This document shows, piece by piece, positions 1 to 6,850 of a DNA stretch of 16,572 bases (positions are counted from its first letter, which is position 1; the number at the start of each line of letters is the position of its first letter). The notes under the pieces were generated by a model that was not told where the DNA came from, ran no database searches, and saw nothing but the letters and a program-made list of their open reading frames with translations. Made by a program: the position numbers and the translations under genes. Source of the stretch: a virus; the IMG/VR virus record IMGVR_UViG_3300013426_000031. One strand, 5' to 3'.

Positions 1-47
1 TATTCATCCCAATAAGGACCTCGCCACACCTTATAAATATCTTCCAT
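1..47 (-). CDS. 5' end of a gene that runs off the left edge of the window; only MEDIYKVWRGPYWDE... is visible
   Basis: An ATG sits at 47..45 on the minus strand, with GTGAGGG 6 nt upstream, and the frame stays open to position 1. A class I motif copy lies just upstream at 52-90. Confidence 0.35.
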   Translation of the reverse strand, partial: MEDIYKVWRGPYWDE

Positions 48-51
48 AATT

Positions 52-90
52 ACCCTCACTTTCTATATATATTATATCAAATTATTTATT
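52..90 (-). promoter_or_regulatory. Class I conserved intergenic motif, partial copy (putative phage promoter) upstream of the partial gene 1..47
   Basis: The plus-strand sequence cctcactttctatatatattatatcaaattatttattattt matches the core of the cassettes at 1848, 6018, 10935 and 14110 (tctttatatatatattatataat). This copy has no hairpin. Confidence 0.4.
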
Positions 91-1828
91 ATTTCGCAAA
101 TGGAACCGCAAAAACATAGTTAGGAACTTTAAGGATAGGTTCAGGAATTGGATTAAATTCTTTGCGCTTTTGCTCAATCTCTTTATCGCGCACAAACAAA
201 TACTTTTCTTTTTCAGTCATTTCATCTACATCAACGATATTACTTACTCCCCAGATGCCTTCAGTATGAACATCTCTATGAACTTTATCGGCCAAATCGC
301 CAAGGTCATAATCATCAAAGCAATTATCACAAACTTGGCAATCATATCTCAAAGTCTTAGCGCACGTCTTTTCTTTATTATAGACAACAATATCAAAAAC
401 ATTGCCGAATTTCTCAAAATCATCTTCTGCCCAATAAGTGTTATCACAAATAGTGCAAGTAGTAAAATGGTCTTGCGCACAATAATCACAATAATGCTCA
501 TTATCATGCCAATACATTTCATCTACATCGAAATAACCACCACAATCATAACACTTAGCAAGACCATAGCAACTATAACAGATGACCGCACTCGAGCCAT
601 CAAATGATTCTTCATCATCAAGCTCTTCACCGCAATCCATACACTCAGTCTCGCCAGAATAATTAATCATATTAATACTGCCATAAATAAGATTATCACT
701 TACATAAGCCAAATGCTCGTTATAATAATCATTATACATAAATTTTGTAGCCATTTGGAATGTTGCAGTATTATTCGGCAAATTAATCTTTTTACCAGAA
801 GCAACGGAATATACGTTGGGAAAATAAGACCAATTCATATTCTTTTCGGCAAGCTCTTTAATCCATTTGAGAACAAAATTGTTAATATCACTATTATGAT
901 AAGGATATTCTTTAATAGTGGTAATAATATCTTTATTCACAATATAAAGACAACGCCATTTCTTATTAGACCAAGTGCGCTTTTCAGTAGAGGAGGGACG
1001 TGCCGGGTCATTACAAAGAGGGTAATAAGGATGGTCCGCGTTTACATATGCCTCAAGGACGACGGCGCTGTTCATCATTTCAACTGTGCCCATACGATAA
1101 TCGCCGACGCTATACCAATTCATGCAACTATCCCAATTACAAGCATTATCGCTCATAGTAAGATAATCCAGGGGATGGATAGATAAACAAACATTACCAT
1201 CAATTTCGCTTGTATTAAGAACTTGAGAATGCCAAATACGGAACTTTTCAAATTCTTCTTTATCCAGTTCAAACCAATCAACAAGCTTTGACATAATGCG
1301 CATAAGCTTCATGCTCTTATCAATCTTCAAAGGCTTACCATTATAATGCGGGCCTCGGTCAAAGATAAAATAATTAACATCTCTATATTTCTCATTATCA
1401 ATAGAATTACGAACAAGAGGCCCATAATCAGTAAGGTCGCTAAGCATGTACCAAATCATCTTATGATTGACATTACTTGGGTCATTGCTTAAATTCCAAT
1501 CACTAAAGTAATCATTGCGGATTTTGAAAAAACTATTTACAAAATAATTGCAGGTTTCAACTTTATCATCTTCGCCAAACATTTCATCAATCATTTTTTC
1601 AAGTTCATCATCACTCTTGGTATAATGAACTTTATTAGAGATAATAATATGACCGCCTAAAAGCTTAAAGAGGTCCTGTTTATTATTATTCCAAAAGCGC
1701 AAACGATACTCAATGGGCGTGCGCGCATTAGGCGCCGAAGTATCATACATCGAGTGCATATACATATTTACATAATCAGTCAACAGTTCTTTTTCTTCTT
1801 CGGGAATGAGCGTAATTAAATCTTCCAT
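89..1828 (-). CDS. Hypothetical 579-aa protein; the C-terminal ~140 aa carry at least 7 CxxC pairs (likely zinc ribbon / zinc finger cluster)
   Basis: The listed ORF is 89..1852. That start lies inside the promoter/RBS, so I prefer the ATG at 1828 (MEDLITLIP), which has GGAGA 8 nt upstream. The C-terminus reads CMDCG..CYSCYG..CYDCGG..CDYC..CTICD..CQVCDNC. Confidence 0.75.
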   Translation of the reverse strand: MEDLITLIPEEEKELLTDYVNMYMHSMYDTSAPNARTPIEYRLRFWNNNKQDLFKLLGGHIIISNKVHYTKSDDELEKMIDEMFGEDDKVETCNYFVNSFFKIRNDYFSDWNLSNDPSNVNHKMIWYMLSDLTDYGPLVRNSIDNEKYRDVNYFIFDRGPHYNGKPLKIDKSMKLMRIMSKLVDWFELDKEEFEKFRIWHSQVLNTSEIDGNVCLSIHPLDYLTMSDNACNWDSCMNWYSVGDYRMGTVEMMNSAVVLEAYVNADHPYYPLCNDPARPSSTEKRTWSNKKWRCLYIVNKDIITTIKEYPYHNSDINNFVLKWIKELAEKNMNWSYFPNVYSVASGKKINLPNNTATFQMATKFMYNDYYNEHLAYVSDNLIYGSINMINYSGETECMDCGEELDDEESFDGSSAVICYSCYGLAKCYDCGGYFDVDEMYWHDNEHYCDYCAQDHFTTCTICDNTYWAEDDFEKFGNVFDIVVYNKEKTCAKTLRYDCQVCDNCFDDYDLGDLADKVHRDVHTEGIWGVSNIVDVDEMTEKEKYLFVRDKEIEQKRKEFNPIPEPILKVPNYVFAVPFAK

Positions 1829-1847
1829 ATTATTATCTCCTTTATTT

Positions 1848-1900
1848 CTCATTCTTTATATATATATTATATAATATTTTTATATAAAAATAAATAAAAA
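1848..1900 (-). promoter_or_regulatory. Class I conserved promoter-like motif (copy 2), driving gene 89..1828
   Basis: ctcattctttatatatatattatataatatttttatataaaaataaataaaaa is near-identical to the copies at 6018, 10935 and 14110. Read on the minus strand it contains TATAAT with an AT-rich upstream region and no clear -35. Confidence 0.55.
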
Positions 1901-1928
1901 CCTCTTAGTCATTTCACTAAGAGGTTTT
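1886..1928 (-). terminator. Rho-independent terminator ending the unit 5983->1947
   Basis: The hairpin has stems cctcttagt and actaagagg (9 bp) with loop catttc. On the minus strand a U-run (TTTTTATTTATTTTT) follows. It lies just 3' of the stop codon at 1947. Confidence 0.65.
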
Positions 1929-1946
1929 GAAAGGAGGTGAACGCTC

Positions 1947-3362
1947 TCACTTCTTCATGCTATTCATCATGAACATCAGAGGAAGTAAATCATTTTTATC
2001 TGAATTCTTATCTTTCGACAAGAAATACAGCATCATAGGATTAAATTCGGCGGATGCGCCACTCATCATGGAAGACATCATCATCATAGTCATAAGGTCA
2101 GAATCCTTATTATCGTCATCCATCATAGCAAACATCCACATATTACCAAGAGGATTTTCAGTAGAAGGAGCCATCATCATATTATCAAACAGGCTTACAA
2201 TCTTGGTAAGGAAACTAAAGCCAAAGGGCGACTTATTAGGAAGAATTGTCTTTTTCTCACCAAGCGCAATATCAATTACAATTACATCACCCTGCTCGGA
2301 AAATCCAAAAACAAAGCAGGGACGTCTATTAAAGATAATAAGGTCGCCTGCGCCTACCGCATCAACAGCAACAGGAATCTTATAGAAGAAGTTATTACCA
2401 CTAAAGTTCATAACATCAACATCCATCATTTCGCCGTTTACCTTGTCATATGCCTGATAAGTGCCTGTGCTATTCTTAACTGCAAGACCATAGGGCGACA
2501 TACGAATATTATCATTATCCTTAATCGGACCAAAATCAAAATTAAACATCTTCATTTTATTATCCTCTTTCTTATTATTACTCTCTGTCTTCAAGCTATT
2601 TTCTAAAGCATTTAATCTATCATCAATTTTATTTACTTGTTCTTGCTTCGCGAATTTATCTGTCTCAATGCTTATTGAACCATACTCGGCAGGCTGAACA
2701 GTTCCGATAGTCCAATCGGCACTATTTAATTTGTTCCAATCAATATTTGTCTTGGTCGTCGTGGTATAATCCCAACAAGGTACTGTAGCTGTTGTCGCGG
2801 TTGTATCCATATTATTTTTCTCCCTTTCTTCTGGGAAAAGTTGATAATAAAGAATACGCGCGCCTACTGTCTGATTGGCTTTATAATCCTTATTTTCATC
2901 TTGTGAACCGCAATTCCATGCCTTATCATACTGCATTGGATTGCCCATCATATCCAAATCATGAAAATAACAATTATTATGAAAATAAGTTTTTACAAGA
3001 TAATTACCAAAATTATTATCCTCGCGAAAATTAAGATGATAAACGACTCTATACTGTCTTGTAAAATGTTTATCGGCAAAAGTGCTTTTATTATAAGCTT
3101 CAATAATTACATCATCAGGATAGAATGGCTCTATCATAGAAGTTTCAAAATAAACTACCCAATAATCATAATCATGTTTAAAATTTCGCCAAGTATTATA
3201 TTCAACCTTAGCATAATTCTTATCGCTTACAAGTTTTGTATAAGGAGCAAGAACCTGTTCACGCCACGCACTTCCTTCAAAAACTTTTCCATCGGCAATA
3301 GCATCATAGATTCGCCAATATGGCTGAAATCCTGTGCCACTCGGTTTAATCCATGCACCCAT
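1947..3362 (-). CDS. Hypothetical 471-aa multidomain protein: N-terminal globular region, Thr-rich linker (TTATTATVPCWDYTTTTKT), coiled-coil segment, C-terminal domain and a Met-rich C-terminal tail
   Basis: The ORF is long and its start overlaps the upstream stop (TAATG at 3362). The tail reads DLMTMMMMSSMMSGASAEFNPMMLYF...LMFMMNSMKK. Confidence 0.75.
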   Translation of the reverse strand: MGAWIKPSGTGFQPYWRIYDAIADGKVFEGSAWREQVLAPYTKLVSDKNYAKVEYNTWRNFKHDYDYWVVYFETSMIEPFYPDDVIIEAYNKSTFADKHFTRQYRVVYHLNFREDNNFGNYLVKTYFHNNCYFHDLDMMGNPMQYDKAWNCGSQDENKDYKANQTVGARILYYQLFPEEREKNNMDTTATTATVPCWDYTTTTKTNIDWNKLNSADWTIGTVQPAEYGSISIETDKFAKQEQVNKIDDRLNALENSLKTESNNKKEDNKMKMFNFDFGPIKDNDNIRMSPYGLAVKNSTGTYQAYDKVNGEMMDVDVMNFSGNNFFYKIPVAVDAVGAGDLIIFNRRPCFVFGFSEQGDVIVIDIALGEKKTILPNKSPFGFSFLTKIVSLFDNMMMAPSTENPLGNMWMFAMMDDDNKDSDLMTMMMMSSMMSGASAEFNPMMLYFLSKDKNSDKNDLLPLMFMMNSMKK

Positions 3363-3583
3363 TATCTACTATACCTTTCCCAAATCATATCTTCTTCCGC
3401 GGGGGTGAGATAATCAAGACCATATTCATGGCACATATTATCAAAGTTCTTTTCCACATATCCACGCGGATATTCATTCATTTTATTAATAAGAGTATTA
3501 ATTCTACCCAGCTTTGTATCGACCATGCCAGTTCCTTCTGCCTCGTTTATATAAAGCCAATAGCTATCATTAAAACCAAACAT
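3362..3583 (-). CDS. Hypothetical 73-aa protein
   Basis: The ATG at 3583 has AGGAG 10 nt upstream. The stop shares a TAATG overlap with the downstream start. A class II promoter lies directly upstream. Confidence 0.6.
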   Translation of the reverse strand: MFGFNDSYWLYINEAEGTGMVDTKLGRINTLINKMNEYPRGYVEKNFDNMCHEYGLDYLTPAEEDMIWERYSR

Positions 3584-3610
3584 AGAATTTAACTCCTTTA
3601 TTCTTTATAT

Positions 3611-3645
3611 AAATATTATACCAAAAAATTTTTATTTTTTCAAAT
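3611..3645 (-). promoter_or_regulatory. Class II sigma70/sigmaA-type promoter: -35 TTGAAA (3643..3638), 17-nt spacer, extended -10 TGgTATAAT (3624..3615)
   Basis: Read on the minus strand: TTGAAAaaataaaaattttttggTATAAT. The same architecture recurs at 8438-8470. Confidence 0.55.
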
Positions 3646-3646
3646 T

Positions 3647-4228
3647 CTACTTAACTACAATAGTTCCTTCCGGGCGTTTTTCATATGTAAATTTGCCCGG
3701 CATATAATTCCTAATATCCCAATTAGGATTCTGCATTTCCTCTACAATTTTCTTTGTATTCTCTGCGCTTTCGGCGATTGTTTTCATGCTCTTCTCGCGC
3801 AATAGATTACATTCATTTTCCATAAGCGCGACAAATTCAAGACCTTCTTGATTCTTTCTCATTTCCTTCTGGCGCTTCTCTCTGTCTAAATAAAAGCGCA
3901 TATACTTTCTGTAATCACTATACTTAGCAAATTTAATATAAAAGAATGCGCGCTCCTCAACACCCCAAATAGTTCTATACTTTTCACGTTTTTCTTTTGG
4001 AATTTCATAATAAATTTCTTTAGAACCAATAGACCACTTATCGGGGCAAATACTATAGAATTTAATAAACTGATCATAAGTAAGAATAGTCTTTTTGCGC
4101 TCTTGATGATAAATATTAAATTCATCATTCATATCATTGTATGCTTCTTTATATTTATTATAATTACAAAGGAGAGTAATACCCAAAATAGATAACGCAC
4201 CGGCAATAAGTAAAATAATAAATACCAT
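3647..4228 (-). CDS. Membrane-anchored 193-aa protein: one N-terminal TM helix and a Lys/Glu-rich charged C-terminal domain
   Basis: The ATG at 4228 has GAGGAG upstream. The N-terminus MVFIILLIAGALSILGITLL is hydrophobic. Confidence 0.7.
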   Translation of the reverse strand: MVFIILLIAGALSILGITLLCNYNKYKEAYNDMNDEFNIYHQERKKTILTYDQFIKFYSICPDKWSIGSKEIYYEIPKEKREKYRTIWGVEERAFFYIKFAKYSDYRKYMRFYLDREKRQKEMRKNQEGLEFVALMENECNLLREKSMKTIAESAENTKKIVEEMQNPNWDIRNYMPGKFTYEKRPEGTIVVK

Positions 4229-4231
4229 CTT

Positions 4232-4573
4232 TTACCACTCCTCAAAAATCTTAATCAGTTTCTTTTGATTTGCTTCTTGATATCCACCAAAACTTAAATC
4301 CAAAAAATAATCAATCATCATATTAGTAAAACCTTGGCCACTAATCTTATGGCAAGTATGTACCTCACCATCCCACATTAAATCACTATAATATTCATCT
4401 TCCCATTTAATTAGACGCCCGCGCCAATTATGTCCCTTATATGTCCAACAGCAATCATCAATGGTAGTGCCGTATTTCATAAGATTATTATGGAGTCCTT
4501 CGGCTTCTTCTTGAACTTTCCTATATAGATTAAACACATAATCGGCAAGTCCATCAAATGCAAAATCCTTCAC
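4232..4573 (-). CDS. Hypothetical 113-aa protein (GTG start)
   Basis: A GTG at 4573 has AGGAGG 7 nt upstream and overlaps the end of the upstream gene. Confidence 0.55.
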   Translation of the reverse strand: MKDFAFDGLADYVFNLYRKVQEEAEGLHNNLMKYGTTIDDCCWTYKGHNWRGRLIKWEDEYYSDLMWDGEVHTCHKISGQGFTNMMIDYFLDLSFGGYQEANQKKLIKIFEEW

Positions 4574-4811
4574 TCGGCATCCTCCTTTTAAATATGCTAT
4601 AATCTACAAGAGGTTCCGCAATTACTGGAACATCATCACGGCGCCAACAAAGATAAACAGTATCGCCATTCTTTGTTAAAGTAAGTTGATAGGTATGGCC
4701 ATTCTCTTCGGTGCATCTATTATAAAGAATACTACCATAAGTTAGACATTGGGTATAGCGTTCTTCAATAAGTCTATCATATATTTCAAGAACTTTTTCT
4801 TCATCTATCAT
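4554..4811 (-). CDS. Hypothetical 85-aa protein
   Basis: The ATG at 4811 overlaps the upstream stop (ATGA). Confidence 0.55.
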   Translation of the reverse strand: MIDEEKVLEIYDRLIEERYTQCLTYGSILYNRCTEENGHTYQLTLTKNGDTVYLCWRRDDVPVIAEPLVDYSIFKRRMPSEGFCI

Positions 4812-5116
4812 ACGTAGTGTTTCAAATATTCTTCATAAGTTGTAATCCACTCACAATAAAGACACTGATTATTAATAAACAATGCCAAATAAACAGCACC
4901 GGTATCTCTTTTAATTACTTTGGCATTAAAAATACTACCATGATACTCTTTATCGCGGTCAATAAGTATTTCATGTTCAAACAACATAATAGTATTATAA
5001 CAATCTCTTGCACGTTCCGATGTCCAATTAACTGTCTTCAAAAGCTTTTCATATCCTTCATCGGTATCCGCACCAAGAAGGAATGTAATAAAATCATTTC
5101 TATTATCCAACTTCAC
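4808..5116 (-). CDS. Hypothetical 102-aa protein; the start codon is uncertain (GTG at 5116 or TTG at 5110)
   Basis: There is no in-frame ATG near the 5' end. GAGGTG lies upstream of the TTG. Confidence 0.5.
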   Translation of the reverse strand: MKLDNRNDFITFLLGADTDEGYEKLLKTVNWTSERARDCYNTIMLFEHEILIDRDKEYHGSIFNAKVIKRDTGAVYLALFINNQCLYCEWITTYEEYLKHYV

Positions 5117-5813
5117 TACACCTCGTCAAATAAGTAATCTTTTGCTTTTGGAAAGTATCAAGATTTTTGATAGTGCCTTTAATACGGTGTTCACTACCTA
5201 CTTCCCAACTTTTAGCTGATGTATTCCAACAGTAAAGGTTATCATATACATCAACAAATGTCATAAAATGGCTAATGCCGTAATAGCCTTCTTTTTCAAT
5301 ATTTTTAACAACAGTTAGAGTGCGCTCAATCTTCTCGCCGACTTCACCTTGCCATTCGCTTGTGCCTTCTTCATACACAAGGTCTTCAATAATCTTTTTA
5401 ATTTCCTTATCACTCTTCAAAGAGCCATCATCATTTCCCACATATTCCCAATTAAGGCGAACCGGCGTAATATCTTCGGGCATATCATTCGGCAATTCAT
5501 CAGTGGATACGATATACCATCCCCACAATTTAGCATATCGCGCGATTGATTTTTCAAACCATTCAAGGTTTGCGTAAGTATTGCCTTTAAAGATAGTAAT
5601 ATAACCCTTTTCAAATCCAAGAACTTGCTTTCTATTGGAAGGTTTGATAATTTCTACTTCAGGATAATAACGTGCATACTCGGTATCAGTATAGCTTTTA
5701 ACGCGCTTAACCTTGCCATCTTTAGTGCGCACATCGCAGTAGCGCTTACCATTTTCAATATAAGTATCACGAACAATCTCAAGGTCTTGATAAGATTTGG
5801 CAACCAGCGCCAT
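5103..5813 (-). CDS. Hypothetical 236-aa protein
   Basis: The ATG at 5813 (MALVAKSYQ) has GAGGAGGG upstream. The listed ORF instead begins at a TTG at 5819. Confidence 0.7.
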   Translation of the reverse strand: MALVAKSYQDLEIVRDTYIENGKRYCDVRTKDGKVKRVKSYTDTEYARYYPEVEIIKPSNRKQVLGFEKGYITIFKGNTYANLEWFEKSIARYAKLWGWYIVSTDELPNDMPEDITPVRLNWEYVGNDDGSLKSDKEIKKIIEDLVYEEGTSEWQGEVGEKIERTLTVVKNIEKEGYYGISHFMTFVDVYDNLYCWNTSAKSWEVGSEHRIKGTIKNLDTFQKQKITYLTRCSEVG

Positions 5814-5983
5814 TAGCAATCACCCTCCTCAAAAAGTTTCTTATAAAGAATATCCAAAGCTTCATTTAACTTATCAACATACTCCGTATCTTCCTCGTCA
5901 TCAAGAGCATCAATCGCGCTCATGCACTCTTCATAAACAACATTATAAGCATTAATAACATTCTCATCTTTAATCTTGTGCAT
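5813..5983 (-). CDS. Small acidic 56-aa protein (MHKIKDENVINAYNVVYEECMSAIDALDDEEDTEYVDKLNEALDILYKKLFEEGDC)
   Basis: It is absent from the ORF track, which omits ORFs shorter than about 60 aa. The ATG at 5983 has AGGAGA 7 nt upstream, immediately after a class I cassette. Its stop overlaps the next start (TAATG). Confidence 0.5.
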   Translation of the reverse strand: MHKIKDENVINAYNVVYEECMSAIDALDDEEDTEYVDKLNEALDILYKKLFEEGDC

Positions 5984-6017
5984 AAGTTTATCTCCTTTAA
6001 ATATTCTTTATTTATCT

Positions 6018-6065
6018 CTCATTCTTTATATATATATTATATAATATTTTTTTATAAAAATAAAG
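6018..6065 (-). promoter_or_regulatory. Class I conserved promoter-like motif (copy 3)
   Basis: ctcattctttatatatatattatataatatttttttataaaaataaag matches the other class I copies. Confidence 0.55.
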
Positions 6066-6090
6066 TCTTGCCTTTATAGGTAAGACTTTA
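6048..6090 (-). terminator. Rho-independent terminator ending the unit 8398->6093
   Basis: The hairpin stems are agtcttgcc and ggtaagact, with one mismatch, around loop tttata, and a U-rich tract follows on the minus strand. It lies 3' of the stop at 6093. Confidence 0.55.
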
Positions 6091-6092
6091 TT

Positions 6093-6488
6093 TTACTTAT
6101 AATCAATTGTTTCCATACCTTCATAGAAACTCGGTACAAACCAACTTGTCCAAGGATTCTTTCTAAAATACTGATTCACAATAATCTTTTCATTATAGTC
6201 TCTAATCTGCGTATAAAGCAATTCATTTACATTAACTGCGGAAGTTGTTCCATAAGCATCAATCTGATATTCAATAATTTCTCTTTCGGCTTCAAGAGCA
6301 AGTTTATCACTGGGCGCTTGCACATTAATACATACAATAGAAGCAAGTGCAATAATAAGACAAACAGCAAAAGTAATCGCCAAAAGTTGACAAATAGTTT
6401 CCCATGTGGAGAATACACTAAAAGCATTAGACAAAGCGAGAGTAATAAAAATAATGGTCAATACCAATAAAGCAAAAATAATTAGCAT
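6093..6488 (-). CDS. Small membrane protein, 131 aa, two predicted TM helices
   Basis: The ATG at 6488 has GAGAGG 6 nt upstream. Hydrophobic segments LIIFALLVLTIIFITLAL and LLAITFAVCLIIALASIV. Confidence 0.7.
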   Translation of the reverse strand: MLIIFALLVLTIIFITLALSNAFSVFSTWETICQLLAITFAVCLIIALASIVCINVQAPSDKLALEAEREIIEYQIDAYGTTSAVNVNELLYTQIRDYNEKIIVNQYFRKNPWTSWFVPSFYEGMETIDYK

Positions 6489-6491
6489 AAT

Positions 6492-6722
6492 TTACCTCTC
6501 AATCGTTTCATAACCTTCAACATCTACAGTTGCCATATCGCCGATGTCAAATTCCGCATCTTCGGGGACATTGTAATCGTTTTTTGCTTTCTCAATAAAA
6601 TCTTCAATAGCCCAACCATATGCGGACCAATTGTCAACCCTACCACAATCTAATGCCTGAAGCAATAAACTATCCGCTAATAAATCTGTCAACTCATCTT
6701 TAGGTACAAGACAATAGGTCAT
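6492..6722 (-). CDS. Hypothetical acidic 76-aa protein
   Basis: The ATG at 6722 has AGGAGG 8 nt upstream. Confidence 0.6.
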   Translation of the reverse strand: MTYCLVPKDELTDLLADSLLLQALDCGRVDNWSAYGWAIEDFIEKAKNDYNVPEDAEFDIGDMATVDVEGYETIER

Positions 6723-6850
6723 TCTTCTTCCTCCTTATCCTTCTTCTTATGGAAAGGCCAAATAGGAAGATTAGCATCGGCGCGGTAATTCGCCCACTGA
6801 AGAAAACCGCACAAGCCAATAGCAATTACAAGAATAAAAATAGGGTTCAT
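6719..6850 (-). CDS. 43-aa small membrane protein (MNPIFILVIAIGLCGFLQWANYRADANLPIWPFHKKKDKEEEE)
   Basis: It is not in the ORF track. The ATG at 6850 shares an ATGA overlap with the stop of the MetK-like gene. GGAGAG lies upstream. Its stop TGA shares an ATGA overlap with the next start. Confidence 0.45.
   Translation of the reverse strand: MNPIFILVIAIGLCGFLQWANYRADANLPIWPFHKKKDKEEEE

Noticed and set aside
89-1852. Listed start of the 587-aa ORF at 1852 (MRNKGDNN...)
   Set aside because: That ATG lies inside the conserved class I promoter/RBS region; the AGGAG sequence itself encodes the K-G-D of this extension. I prefer the ATG 24 nt downstream, which has a properly spaced SD.
5103-5813. 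Tentative family assignment for the 236-aa protein (ligase-, kinase- or PD-(D/E)xK-like)
   Set aside because: Sequence inspection shows no diagnostic motif: no P-loop, no KxDG and no DxDxT. I leave it as hypothetical.
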